Assembly: GCA_045105235.1 (NCBI GenBank)
Contig: JBGCDH010000011.1
Coordinates: 64,894-128,893, forward strand
Direction: 5' to 3'
Source of the DNA: Planctomycetota bacterium
Lineage (GTDB): Bacteria > Planctomycetota > UBA1135 > UBA2386
DNA length: 64,000 nt
Positions 28,428 to 37,944 of this stretch are shown here, piece by piece. Under the pieces are notes generated by a model. It was not told the origin of the DNA. It was given only the letters and a program-made list of their open reading frames with translations, and made no database searches. Numbering within the stretch: position 1 is the stretch's first letter; each line of letters begins with the position of its first letter. The translations under genes and the position numbers were made by a program.

Positions 28428-28460
28428 CCGACGGCCCCGCCGCATCTCGGCGGCTGGCTC

Positions 28461-28638
28461 GTGTCGTGCATCTGGTAGACGGGGGCCTGATCCGGGATGC
28501 GAGGGCGTTCGTCGCAAGCCGCTACGACGAATGCATGTTCGCTACTTTTTGCCGAGGAGTCTTTTTACCGAGGAGCAGCTACGCCGTGACGGACGTCGTC
28601 GCGCCCGCAGAATGCTCCCCCTATCAGATGCACGACAC
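28461..28638. repeat. Palindromic intergenic element, copy 1 (REP/MITE-like), with ~22-25-bp terminal inverted repeats
   Basis: Left end GTGTCGTGCATCTGGTAGACGGGGG. Right end CCCCCTATCAGATGCACGACAC. The internal 50 bp (28571-28620) match copy 2 at roughly 45 of 53 positions in reverse complement. Confidence 0.6.
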
Positions 28639-29399
28639 TAGCGACGAAAGTCGCGCGGGAAGTACGAGCTCGGATCCTCCGCGCGCACCCCGAACACTTC
28701 GCGCACGTTGTCCGAAGCCAACGCCTCCTCAGGCGGCGCATCGACGTAGGCTCGGCCGGCGTGAAGCAAGACAACCCGGTCGCACTGCGGCGCAAACAGG
28801 TTGATGTCGTGACTGGCGACCAATACGCCACGGCCGCCATCCGCTAGCGCACGAAGCGAGTCGCGCAGCTGCAGCGCGTGCTCCAGATCCAAGTGGTTGG
28901 TTGGCTCATCGAGCAGCAGCAGAGGGGCTTCGGTGGCGAGCGCCCGTGCGACAGCAATGCGTCGCTGCTCCCCACCCGACAGCGTCGTGACCGGCCGATC
29001 GGCGAACGACGCCGCATCGACGCGTTCGAGCGCCGCATCGACGGCGCGCACATCGGCTTCGCCCAGCGATTCGCGCCGGCCCCGGTGGGGATGACGCCCC
29101 ATCTGCACGAGCTCGCGCCCGGTAAAATCGAATGGCACATCCGCTTCTTGCGGCACCAAAGCCAGCTCGCGCGCTCGCTCACGCGGCCGCCAGGCACTGA
29201 GCTTTCGGCCGTGGAGGTGTGCCGTGCCCGCATCCGGCTGCAGCGCTCCGCACAGGCAGCGCAGGATCGTGCTCTTGCCGGCACCATTTCGCCCCGCGAG
29301 CAGGACCAGCTCGCCCGGCGCCAGCCGCATCGACACGCCGTGCAGCACCGTGCGCTTGCCGAGCTGCACCAACAGCATGTGCGCAACAAGATCGCTCAC
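28638..29399 (-). CDS. ABC transporter ATP-binding protein (FecE/BtuD/HmuV type)
   Basis: Walker A GRNGAGKST, signature LSGGEQRR, Walker B LLLLDEP. The GTG start at 29399 overlaps the permease stop as GTGA. The rest of the 585-aa track ORF is an artefact. Confidence 0.85.
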   Translation of the reverse strand: MSDLVAHMLLVQLGKRTVLHGVSMRLAPGELVLLAGRNGAGKSTILRCLCGALQPDAGTAHLHGRKLSAWRPRERARELALVPQEADVPFDFTGRELVQMGRHPHRGRRESLGEADVRAVDAALERVDAASFADRPVTTLSGGEQRRIAVARALATEAPLLLLDEPTNHLDLEHALQLRDSLRALADGGRGVLVASHDINLFAPQCDRVVLLHAGRAYVDAPPEEALASDNVREVFGVRAEDPSSYFPRDFRR

Positions 29400-30412
29400 A
29401 GCGCGGCTCCGCGGCGCTGACGAGCCAGCAAGAACAAGAAATAGGGCGCGCCTGCGATCGCCGTCACGACGCCGAGTCGAAGATTCCAGCTGGCCGGCGC
29501 GTTGCGGCAACCAAAATCGCTGAGCACCATCAGCAGCGCCCCGAGCAGAGCGGCCGTCGGCAGCAGCAGGCGGTGGGCAGGCCCGACCAGCAGGCGCGCG
29601 AGGTGCGGCACAATCAGTCCTACAAACGCAATGCCGCCGCTGTTGGCAACGGTGGTCGCCGTGAGCCCACACGCAAACCAAACCAGCGTGCGCCGGGAGC
29701 GGGTGGCGTCCACGCCAAGACTGTGGGCGCTGTCGTCGCGGAGTGTCAGCAGATCGAGTTCGCGCTGGCGTGGCCACACGAGCGCGGCAAAGCCAAGACA
29801 GCCAAGCGCCGTGACGCCGACATGCTCCCACGTGCGCGCGTCGAGCCCGCCCATCAGCCAGAACAAAACGCGCGAACTCGCCGTGTAATTGTCGAACTTC
29901 AGCGTCACGACAAAAGAGGTCAACGCGCCAAAGAGCGTGTTGAGCGCGATGCCGGCTAGCAGCAGGTTGGCGACGGAAAAGCGCCCGTGTGCGCCAGCAA
30001 GAGTGAACACCAGCCAGGTGACGCCAAGCGCGCCCAACAAAGCCGCGACCGGCGTCACGTAGACACCGATCTCCGACCAGCCAACGACGATCGCAACCGC
30101 ACCGCCAAACGCAGCACCCGCCGCGGTTCCGATGATGTCCGGCGATGCCAGCGGGTTGCGAAAGGTCGCCTGCATGACGGTGCCAGCGAGCGCCAATGCG
30201 GCGCCGCCAAACACTGCGACCAGCAGCCGTGGAGCGCGCACGTTTTGGAGCACGAACGCGTCCATGACGTCCGGACCATCGACGATGCCGGTCCAAGCAA
30301 ACAGCCAGCCAAACATGCCTTCGAGCCCCGGCCGTTCGCGCGCCAATCCAAGGTGGAGCAAAGCGACCGCGAACAGCAGAAGAGCCAAGAGCCACGGCAG
30401 CTTGCGTTTCAT
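29396..30412 (-). CDS. FecCD-family ABC permease (iron-siderophore / heme / cobalamin type)
   Basis: MKRKLPWLLALLLF..., LQNVRAPRLL, ATFRNPLASPDIIG, and about 9-10 TM segments. Start chosen at 30412 as an ATGA overlap with the upstream stop. Confidence 0.85.
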   Translation of the reverse strand: MKRKLPWLLALLLFAVALLHLGLARERPGLEGMFGWLFAWTGIVDGPDVMDAFVLQNVRAPRLLVAVFGGAALALAGTVMQATFRNPLASPDIIGTAAGAAFGGAVAIVVGWSEIGVYVTPVAALLGALGVTWLVFTLAGAHGRFSVANLLLAGIALNTLFGALTSFVVTLKFDNYTASSRVLFWLMGGLDARTWEHVGVTALGCLGFAALVWPRQRELDLLTLRDDSAHSLGVDATRSRRTLVWFACGLTATTVANSGGIAFVGLIVPHLARLLVGPAHRLLLPTAALLGALLMVLSDFGCRNAPASWNLRLGVVTAIAGAPYFLFLLARQRRGAAL

Positions 30413-31407
30413 GGCTTGCCCCACTTGAGCATCGCTTGCTGAACGTATTCCGCCGCTCCGACGAGATGGTGGGACGTCGTCGTCAGCATCGAGCGTGGCA
30501 CGACGAGGACGCGACCGTTGCGCACGCACGGCAAAAGATCCAATCCGGGATACTGCCGCAGCCATTCTGGCATGCCGTCACCGGGATCGCCGGCCAGCAC
30601 CAAGGCGTCCGGTCGCCAGGCGAGAACCTCTTCGACATCGAGCTTGCGGTAGGAGCCAACGCCGTGCTCGGCCGCGAGATTGCGCAGGCCCGCCGCCTCC
30701 GCCAGTTCGTGAAAGAGCGAACCAATGCCGTAACTGTGCAGCGCGCCATCAAAGCTCAGCACGCGCCAGCCTGCGAGCTGCGGGGCCAGCTGGCGAACTC
30801 GCTCGAGACGGCCCTGAACGTCCTGCATACAGCTCGCAACGGCTGGCTCGCAGTGCGCCAGTTCGCCAAGCAGGCGCATGTTGGCTTCGATATCGGCAAA
30901 GCTGTGCGGATCGAGTGTGCGCAGAACCGGCACGCTGGCAGCAGACAGCAGAGCGAGCGTATCGGCGCTCGTGTAGGCATCGACGAGCACGAGGTCGGGA
31001 CGGACCGCGAGCAGCTCTTCGGGCGTCGCGCCGAGCAGGCGAAGGTCGCCGACATGCATCGCCGCCAGTGAGTATTCGGCGTTGGCGGCAAAGGCGTGCA
31101 CCCCCGCGATGCGCTCGTGAGGGAGCACTTCTAGCAGCGTCTCGGCCGCCAAAACCGACGCGAGCACGACACGCTGCGGCGGCTGCGGGGGGCGCCAGTC
31201 GGCAGCATGCCACGGCGGCGGCTCGCCGCAGGCTGCGAGTACGAGCAGCGGCAGAGCAAGGCGCGAAAAAAAACGCGTATCTCGCCACGTATCACCAACG
31301 CGCCTCCGGCGAGTGCGCTGGGCCAGCTCGAATCGGGGCAAGGACACGACGAGAGATTCTGCCGCCGGCTTGCCCCACCACAAAGCCCGTTCGGACGTCC
31401 CGCGCAT
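30409..31407 (-). CDS. Periplasmic substrate-binding lipoprotein (Peripla_BP_2; BtuF/HmuT/FhuD-like); true start probably internal
   Basis: Lipobox LLVLAACG, then VVLASVLAAETLLEVLP...PDLVLVDAY...ALVLAGDP, the typical class III SBP layout. It is the first gene of the three-gene importer. Confidence 0.75.
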   Translation of the reverse strand: MRGTSERALWWGKPAAESLVVSLPRFELAQRTRRRRVGDTWRDTRFFSRLALPLLVLAACGEPPPWHAADWRPPQPPQRVVLASVLAAETLLEVLPHERIAGVHAFAANAEYSLAAMHVGDLRLLGATPEELLAVRPDLVLVDAYTSADTLALLSAASVPVLRTLDPHSFADIEANMRLLGELAHCEPAVASCMQDVQGRLERVRQLAPQLAGWRVLSFDGALHSYGIGSLFHELAEAAGLRNLAAEHGVGSYRKLDVEEVLAWRPDALVLAGDPGDGMPEWLRQYPGLDLLPCVRNGRVLVVPRSMLTTTSHHLVGAAEYVQQAMLKWGKP

Positions 31408-31489
31408 CGATTGCCCCCGATTGTTGCCCCCCGTTTGCGCACTAGAAAGCCGTGACAGCCCAGTCTGGCCAACGTCATTCCCATCAAAT

Positions 31490-32146
31490 ATGAGCTACAC
31501 CATGAAGGTGACCGTCTCTCGCATCGTTCCGCTTTGCTTGCTTCTGCTGATGCTTGCTTCCTGCAGTATTGGCAGGAGCGTCCGAGAGCTTGATATCCGC
31601 AGGGATCTGACCGGCCTGGATCTTGCCCACCTGCAATCGAAGGCGAGCGAACACCATGGCGAAAACGAGCAAAGCCTCGGCGGTCAGCTCGCCGGGTTTC
31701 CCTTTTGGTTCGCTCCTGTGCTTACCCTGGATGGATCGGGCAGTCACGCATTGCATCGAGGCCCCGTGCTGCCTAGCAAAACAGGCGAAGAACAGACCCG
31801 CATCACACCAGCCACAGCACTTTCGGCCGGGGGCGCCGGACTTTCGGCCGGGGGCGCCGGCGAACTCGCCGAGATCAGTGGCTACAGCTACAACAAGGTC
31901 TATGCGCTAGGCACGGGCGTTCTCACCTACCACAACAAGCATGCGACTTGGGACAGCGAAGGCACGCTTGAGAGCTGGCACGACACGTTTGGCATCGGTT
32001 GGGGCCTGATCTACAGCCATCGATCTGCAGGCGAAGGCGACAGCCGTAAGACCCAGAGTGCCAAGATCCTGAGCGGCCTGCTCGGCTACACCGAAGAGCA
32101 GGGCAAGGGCTACCTGCACCTGCTGTGGATCCCGATTCCTTGGTAG
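31490..32146 (+). CDS. Hypothetical lipoprotein
   Basis: Signal peptide plus lipobox (LLLLMLASCS). Contains the duplicated heptapeptide LSAGGAG. No family recognised. Confidence 0.5.
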   Translation: MSYTMKVTVSRIVPLCLLLLMLASCSIGRSVRELDIRRDLTGLDLAHLQSKASEHHGENEQSLGGQLAGFPFWFAPVLTLDGSGSHALHRGPVLPSKTGEEQTRITPATALSAGGAGLSAGGAGELAEISGYSYNKVYALGTGVLTYHNKHATWDSEGTLESWHDTFGIGWGLIYSHRSAGEGDSRKTQSAKILSGLLGYTEEQGKGYLHLLWIPIPW

Positions 32147-32186
32147 GGCATCCAACTGGTCGTAGGTCGCGCGCAGGCTAGGTCCA

Positions 32187-33539
32187 CTACCGCCCGCCGT
32201 CGCCCTGCTCGTCGGGCAGCGAGAACGACGCCGGCAGCTCTTCCTTGCCGCTGCGCTGCTCCGACCACGGCGCGTCCTTGAGCGTGATCGCGCCGGTCTC
32301 GATCAGCTCCTTGCTGCGGCGCTTTTGCACAACCAGCGCGACCTCGTCGCCGCCAAGCCGTGAACTAACCAGCATCTGGAAGTGCGGCCCATTCATCACG
32401 TCGACGCCGTCGACCTTCATGATGATGTCGCCCTTGCGCAGGCCGGCTTCCTTGGCTGCACCGTCTTTGGGCGTGCCGGTGATCTTGGCGCCAGGGCCCA
32501 GGTGCGAGCTGGAAAGCTGCACGCCTAGCCAGCCGCGCTGCAGGATCTGGCCATCCTTCATCCGCTCGAGCAAGGGTTCGATGTCGGCAATGGTCGTCGC
32601 AAAGCCAATGCCCGAGTCATACCACTCCACGCCCGCGTTGCGGCCCGAGGGCGATAGCGGCACGGCAATGCCGAGCACGCGGCCGTGGACGTCGACCACC
32701 GCGCCGCCGTAGTTGGCCGGCGACGTGTAGGCATCGATCTGCAGAGCGCGGCCGAAAAGACGCTGCTTGGCGCTGACGATGCCGAGGTGAACGGTGGGCT
32801 CTTCTTGGGCAAAGGTGCGCCCGAGTGCAAAGGCCCACTGACCCACCTGAATGTCCTTGGGACGAACGAACTCAGGCACCGGCAGCCCTTCGGCCTCGAC
32901 CTTGACGAGCGCAATGCCGCGGCTGGTGTCTTCTCCGGCCCGCTCCGCATCGAACGTGCCGTGCCCCGGAACGTTGATCAGAACCGTCGTCGGGTCAAAG
33001 TTGAGCGCGAAGCGAGAGATCAGGATCCAGCCATCGCTGGTCAACACCACGCCGCTGGTCTTGCCCTGCGACTGCTTGAAGCCCCCGGCAACCAGCGGCA
33101 GCTTCTTCTTCTTTTTCTTCTTGCCGCTCTTCTTGTCGTCCTTCTTGTCACCCTTGTCCCCCTCGTCCTCCTCCTTCTTCTTCGGCTTGGGACGTGGACG
33201 GGGCTTTGGTGGCGCGGGGCCATCGCTCGGACCTTCTTTGCCCTGCCGACGGCGCGTGCCGCCGAACGTCTCCACGGTCACGACATACGGACCGGCAAGT
33301 TCCAGGGCGCGCTGTAGCACGGGCTCGAGGGCGAGGAACTCATCGACGTTGGCCGGAACGCCGCTTCTGCCTTGCGCGAAACCGGGCATCGACAAAGCTG
33401 CCGCAACTGCGAGCTGCAGCGCGTAGCGCCCCATTCGTCGAGGTGACTTCGGTGGTCGTGATAGCTGCCGAAGACCCGTCCGCCAAGCAGACGGACAAGG
33501 CTGACAAACTCGTCGCTCGTTGGCTCGACGCAGGGTCAT
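32187..33539 (-). CDS. HtrA/DegP-like trypsin-fold + PDZ protein with all three catalytic residues replaced (pseudoprotease); likely start at 33434
   Basis: Alignable to the neighbouring active HtrA. TNYHVV becomes ISRFAL, SDLAVL becomes RGIALV, and GNSGGP becomes ANYGGA. A PDZ domain (GAKITG...GLRKGDIIMKVDG) is present, plus a Lys-rich insert (KKSGKKKKKKK). Confidence 0.75.
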   Translation of the reverse strand: MTLRRANERRVCQPCPSAWRTGLRQLSRPPKSPRRMGRYALQLAVAAALSMPGFAQGRSGVPANVDEFLALEPVLQRALELAGPYVVTVETFGGTRRRQGKEGPSDGPAPPKPRPRPKPKKKEEDEGDKGDKKDDKKSGKKKKKKKLPLVAGGFKQSQGKTSGVVLTSDGWILISRFALNFDPTTVLINVPGHGTFDAERAGEDTSRGIALVKVEAEGLPVPEFVRPKDIQVGQWAFALGRTFAQEEPTVHLGIVSAKQRLFGRALQIDAYTSPANYGGAVVDVHGRVLGIAVPLSPSGRNAGVEWYDSGIGFATTIADIEPLLERMKDGQILQRGWLGVQLSSSHLGPGAKITGTPKDGAAKEAGLRKGDIIMKVDGVDVMNGPHFQMLVSSRLGGDEVALVVQKRRSKELIETGAITLKDAPWSEQRSGKEELPASFSLPDEQGDGGR

Positions 33540-34618
33540 TTCTTGGGCTCCTTGGCGAGCTTCATCTCACCGTTCATGACGCGTCGACCACGTTTCCACA
33601 TGACCTGGACTGTGTCCCCCGGCTTGTACTTGGTCAGCACGCGCCGGTATTCCTTGCACGAACGAATCGAAAAGTCGTCGATGCGCACAATGAGATCGTC
33701 GATGCGCAGGCCGAGTTCGCGTCCTGGCGACTTGCGCTTGACGCGCTCGACATAGGCCGGCGGCGAACGTCGACCAGCGTCCTCAAACAGCGTGATCCCG
33801 GTCCACACGGGTTCGTTGACGACGACCTCTTCGACACGCTTCTTGCCGTTGATGTGCTCATCGAGATAGGCAAGCAGATCGCGCGACGGAATCGCGGCGG
33901 AGATCATCGTGTTGGTCTCTTTGCTGTCCAGCAAGCGCATGTTGAGGCCAAGCCAGCGCCCGTCGAGCGAGAACAGCCCGCCGCCGTAGTGGCCGGGGTT
34001 GTTGCATGCATCGGTCAAGATGATGTCGCCATCGTACTTCACGTCCGCCATGCGGTAGCGCAGCGCGGTATTGGCACGGCCAACGACCACGCCAAACGTC
34101 GCGCTGACCTTCTCCGAGAACTCCGCCAATCGGAAGCAGTTGCCGAGACTGAGCACGAACTGACCGTTGCGGTACTTCGATTGCTCCTCGGTCGGCGGCC
34201 ACAGCGGCTGCAGTTCGCCTTCGACCTGCTCGGGGCTGATGCGCATCAGGCGAACGCCCAGCTTTTCATCAGCCGGGTAGAGAATCGCCGAATGCACCGA
34301 GCCGTCGTAGAGCACGACGCGCGTGCGGTCCTGCTGCAGCAGGATCTGGTCCAGCGTCAAAATGTGGCCGCGCTTGCTGACAACGAGGCCGGTCGCGTAG
34401 GCCGTGATCGTCGCGAGACCCGACGCCCCGTGGATCTTGACAATGCTAGGCAGCAGCCCGTCGATGGTCTGCTCGACACGTGTCCGCGGCTTGCGCTCCG
34501 CAAACGAGTAGGCCTCGCCAAAGTTCTGCGTCTGCGCGTCAAGCGACAGCGGCAGCAGTAGAGCGCTCGCAGCCACAGCCATCGCGTGGCGAGCGCGGAA
34601 GCGATCAAGACACCGCAT
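33536..34618 (-). CDS. HtrA/DegP-like trypsin-fold + PDZ protein with all three catalytic residues replaced (pseudoprotease)
   Basis: Signal peptide MRCLDRFRARHAMAVAASALLLPLSLDAQ. TLDQIL stands in for TNYHVV, LGVRLM for SDLAVL, and GHYGGG for GNSGGP. A C-terminal PDZ domain is present. The start overlaps the upstream stop (TAATG). Confidence 0.75.
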   Translation of the reverse strand: MRCLDRFRARHAMAVAASALLLPLSLDAQTQNFGEAYSFAERKPRTRVEQTIDGLLPSIVKIHGASGLATITAYATGLVVSKRGHILTLDQILLQQDRTRVVLYDGSVHSAILYPADEKLGVRLMRISPEQVEGELQPLWPPTEEQSKYRNGQFVLSLGNCFRLAEFSEKVSATFGVVVGRANTALRYRMADVKYDGDIILTDACNNPGHYGGGLFSLDGRWLGLNMRLLDSKETNTMISAAIPSRDLLAYLDEHINGKKRVEEVVVNEPVWTGITLFEDAGRRSPPAYVERVKRKSPGRELGLRIDDLIVRIDDFSIRSCKEYRRVLTKYKPGDTVQVMWKRGRRVMNGEMKLAKEPKK

Positions 34619-36477
34619 TACGAATTCCTCCGGAACCACTGTTCGTCTGGTTGGACACCTGCAGGCACGCTGCCGGTCCAACCCTCGATCAAATCTTCGT
34701 CGTCGTGAACGACGCGCAGCAGGGCGTCCCGCACATGCCACTGAACGTGGGCACGCCGAATCGGATCTCGAAAGGCGAAGCCTGCCGGCGCACCGTCGTG
34801 GAAGAACCACGCTTCGCAGTCGCCGTCGCCAGGCAGCGCAAAGCGCCAGCCCGGCTTGCCGTGAACATGCACACCGCCAATCAGCAGCGCACCGTCCAGC
34901 CGCTTCGCCAGTGCTTCGGGGGTGCGAGGCCACATCACGCAGTTTGCGGCATGCTCGCGCCGCAAGCGCTCACGTTGATCCAAGGTCAGGTCCTGCACCT
35001 CCCCCTTCGCATCGATGGCGAAGCCGCCGTCGCGGCCCTCTTCGTCGCTCAAGCGAACGAGCGCCGAACCATCCCCGGGCTCGATCCGCATCTTGTCACC
35101 AAGTGCCACCGTCACGACCACCCTGCCGTCCGGAGCCGTTCGCTCCCAGCGCATCGCCGCATCACTGCCCGTCCGTTCCAACGGACGAGCGCCCGCCTGC
35201 AGGGTCGACAGAATCTGCGCAGTCGCGATGCGGCGATCGATACGGCTGCCGAGCCTGGCGTCGGCATCCCCGCCGTCAAAGCTCGAACCCGTATCCAGGC
35301 GCCTCATCTTCACGGTGATCTGGCGAGCATCGCCAAAGCCACCGTCAGCGAGCGACGGGCGATGCCGCAGCGTGACCCAGGTATCCGCGGGCAGCACGCC
35401 GATCAGCGTTGCGAGCTGGTTGGCAGAGCGCACCTCGATACCGTTGAACGTGAGGATCTCGTCGCCGAGCCCGACGCCAGCCGTCGAAACGATTGAATCG
35501 TGGAACGTCTGCTGCACAAACACGCCGCGCTTCTTTGTCTTGCTGTCGCGCGCGGTCATGAACCACGCGCTCATGTCGAGCGTGCCGTGCTCCGCGTGCC
35601 GACCTGCAACGAGGTCGCCGAGGAAGTTGTTAATCTGGTTGGCGGCAATCGCAAAGCCAACGCCGACGTTGACCCGGCCGCGGTCGCCAATCGAGATGCG
35701 GCCGTTGATGCCGATCACCTCGCCCGCTTCATTGAAGAGTGGCCCGCCCGAATTGCCGGGGTTGACCGGCGCGTCGACCTGGATGCAGTCGGGGTAGACC
35801 AGCTTGCGGTTGCCCTGGCCCTCTTGATAGCGGTGCGTGCCAGAAACGATGCCGAAGGTCACCGTCGGCGTGAAGTCGGTCGCCAGCAAGAACGGGTTGC
35901 CCATGGCAAAGACCGTTTCTCCGACCAACACGTCATCGCTGTTGCCGAGTTCGCAGTAGGGCCACGTCTGACCGTCCACCGTCGGCAGCAGGCGCAGCAC
36001 GGCGAGGTCGCTCCCCGGATCGATGCCGAGCACAACGCCCTCGTAGAGCTTGCCGTCCGGTAGGCCGACCTTCTTGTTCTTGTAGTGCGACGCTCCGGTG
36101 GGCTGGTGCTCGAGCCGCCACTGCTGCTGCCACTCGGAAACGTAGGCCGCAACGGCCTCATCATCAGCGCCCTCGTTTTGCTTACGCCAGTTCGCCAGCG
36201 TCTCTTCGGGCACGTCGGGCGGATCCGGCAGCTTGTAGTCCTTGTCGGGGTTGCCGACGACGTGGTAGTTCGTCAGCACAAAACCACGCGGATCAAAGAC
36301 CACGCCGCTGCCGCCGCCAGGCGCATCCATCGACATGACCGAACAGACGGCCTGGGCGCAGCGATCGATCACGGCAACCCGCTGAGACTGCCGCGCAAGC
36401 ACGGCGTCCAGCGGCTCTTGCGGAACGAACGGCACCGCGAGTAGGGCGAGAAGCATCATGTAGGTAGGCGGGCGCAC
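34618..36477 (-). CDS. HtrA/DegP-family serine protease with PDZ domain and long C-terminal extension (catalytically intact)
   Basis: GSGVVFDPRGFVLTNYHVV (His), GSDLAVLRL (Asp), DAPVNPGNSGGPLFN (Ser), and PDZ (GVGLGDEILTFNG). Confidence 0.85.
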   Translation of the reverse strand: MRPPTYMMLLALLAVPFVPQEPLDAVLARQSQRVAVIDRCAQAVCSVMSMDAPGGGSGVVFDPRGFVLTNYHVVGNPDKDYKLPDPPDVPEETLANWRKQNEGADDEAVAAYVSEWQQQWRLEHQPTGASHYKNKKVGLPDGKLYEGVVLGIDPGSDLAVLRLLPTVDGQTWPYCELGNSDDVLVGETVFAMGNPFLLATDFTPTVTFGIVSGTHRYQEGQGNRKLVYPDCIQVDAPVNPGNSGGPLFNEAGEVIGINGRISIGDRGRVNVGVGFAIAANQINNFLGDLVAGRHAEHGTLDMSAWFMTARDSKTKKRGVFVQQTFHDSIVSTAGVGLGDEILTFNGIEVRSANQLATLIGVLPADTWVTLRHRPSLADGGFGDARQITVKMRRLDTGSSFDGGDADARLGSRIDRRIATAQILSTLQAGARPLERTGSDAAMRWERTAPDGRVVVTVALGDKMRIEPGDGSALVRLSDEEGRDGGFAIDAKGEVQDLTLDQRERLRREHAANCVMWPRTPEALAKRLDGALLIGGVHVHGKPGWRFALPGDGDCEAWFFHDGAPAGFAFRDPIRRAHVQWHVRDALLRVVHDDEDLIEGWTGSVPAGVQPDEQWFRRNS

Positions 36478-36558
36478 AGCCCGAACGTTGCGGTTACGGC
36501 GGCGGATACGGCGGCGGGTACGGCTGGTGCAATGACGCGAGCGATGTGCCTGCGGCCG

Positions 36559-37788
36559 CTACTGCTGGACGATGCGTGCATCGGCGAACGCACAGAAATC
36601 ACCAAGGTCGTAGTTCTTGCCAAAGTCGACCTCGATGGCGAGGGTCTGCGCTTTGTTCAGCGCCACGTGCAGCTCTTGCGGCGGCATGCCACGCGTCATC
36701 GGCTCGGACTCAAACGCCTGCTGACCGTCCACAAACACGCGGAATACCGCGTGAGCCTGCGGGCCGCCGCGATCGTCGATGCCAATCGTCGCTTCGAACA
36801 CGTCGTAGCGCCCCTCAACGGCGTAGGTCAGGCGCGTCTTGGGCACGAGGCCGATGCCCCGTTCAAACGACTGGCCAGCAAGCTGAAAGCCTGGGCCGCC
36901 TTCGGTCCGGTTCTTGTGCCACGGCCAGACTCGATCGAACGCCGGCGTTTGTTCTACTTTTGGCTCGAGCTTCGACAGCCAGACGAGCTTGTCGCTCGAG
37001 ACGTCCAGTCGATGCAGATTGCGCAACGGCACGTCGAGTTCACAGCCTTCATCGAGACGCAGCCGCAGCGACTCACCGAGGGACAGCATCTTTCCTTCTA
37101 GCTTCTCGCCCGTTGTCAGCGAGACGACCGTGCGCGGCTGCGGCTGACGATTCGGCGCGAAGCCGGTGTTGGCACCAAAGACAACGGCGGCAACGCCATC
37201 GATCTCGAACTCGTAGTCATCCCCGCGAAGTTTGAACTCCACGGCCTTGCTGGTGAGGCCTTGGATCGCCACGGACGAGCGCTGCGCCCGACCACCCTTG
37301 ACGACGTAGAGCAGGTCGTTGTTGGCCGGGGGCTTGGCCAAGTCCGTCGCGAACAAGGTCGGCCGCGGCCGCAGCAAGCCACCGTGGCGGATCGCGCGCA
37401 CGGTGCTGATTGGCAACGTGACTTCGAGGCCTGACGGTAGCCGCGCGAGCAAGACAGCGGGCTTGCCGTCGGCAGCGAGGCGCCCCTTGATCTTCTTCGC
37501 AGGCAGTTCGAGGCCCGACCGCAACCAGACGCGATCTTCGGTCTCGACGATGCGCGGCTCGACGTCATCGCGCTCAAAGCCGGCAAGCTGCGCCAGCTCA
37601 AAGGTCGTCTTGCCGCCATCGGCAGCTAGGACTTGGCAGACGCCGTCCGCGGCAACGGTCAACCTGCCGGGCAACTCGCGGCCATCGATCGTGCTCGCGG
37701 TGCCCGCGACTTGCCCAGCGAGACTGCTGGCGGCGAACGTGGCGAACAACAGACAGGACGGAAGTCGGTGGCGGCGGCGCATCTTCAC
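36559..37788 (-). CDS. Secreted protein with C-terminal NPCBM/NEW2-like carbohydrate-binding module
   Basis: Signal peptide. The C-terminus FERGIGLVPKTRLTYAVEGRYDVFEATIGIDD...VFRVFVDGQ...LAIEVDFG...GDFCAFADARIV matches the NPCBM pattern. Confidence 0.65.
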   Translation of the reverse strand: MKMRRRHRLPSCLLFATFAASSLAGQVAGTASTIDGRELPGRLTVAADGVCQVLAADGGKTTFELAQLAGFERDDVEPRIVETEDRVWLRSGLELPAKKIKGRLAADGKPAVLLARLPSGLEVTLPISTVRAIRHGGLLRPRPTLFATDLAKPPANNDLLYVVKGGRAQRSSVAIQGLTSKAVEFKLRGDDYEFEIDGVAAVVFGANTGFAPNRQPQPRTVVSLTTGEKLEGKMLSLGESLRLRLDEGCELDVPLRNLHRLDVSSDKLVWLSKLEPKVEQTPAFDRVWPWHKNRTEGGPGFQLAGQSFERGIGLVPKTRLTYAVEGRYDVFEATIGIDDRGGPQAHAVFRVFVDGQQAFESEPMTRGMPPQELHVALNKAQTLAIEVDFGKNYDLGDFCAFADARIVQQ

Positions 37789-37944
37789 TGGTGTTTGGAG
37801 CTTGGAACCGACCCAGGCGAGCGGCGGCCCTGGGCCGAATCGGCGCGGAAAACGACGGCGGCGACCCCCAGGGTCGCGTCGCCGTTGCGGACGCGGATCC
37901 TTCCGCAGCGTCTGTCGCTGCGGCTTCCGCGACGACGGTCGCAG

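Noticed and set aside
28461-28638. Cobalamin (B12) riboswitch for the adjacent BtuCDF-like importer
   Set aside because: The element lies 3' of the last gene of the operon, not in its leader. I could not find the B12-box or GGGAA/GGTGAAA core motifs. The second copy (59239-59362) is not next to transport genes. The real leader region (31290-31489) also lacks these motifs by eye.
29400-30395. N-terminal ~330 aa of the 585-aa ORF at 28638-30395
   Set aside because: Only the last 254 codons encode the ABC ATPase. The upstream part overlaps the FecCD permease, a clear multi-TM protein read in another frame, and is Arg/Trp/Cys-rich noise. The GTG at 29399 forms a GTGA coupling junction.
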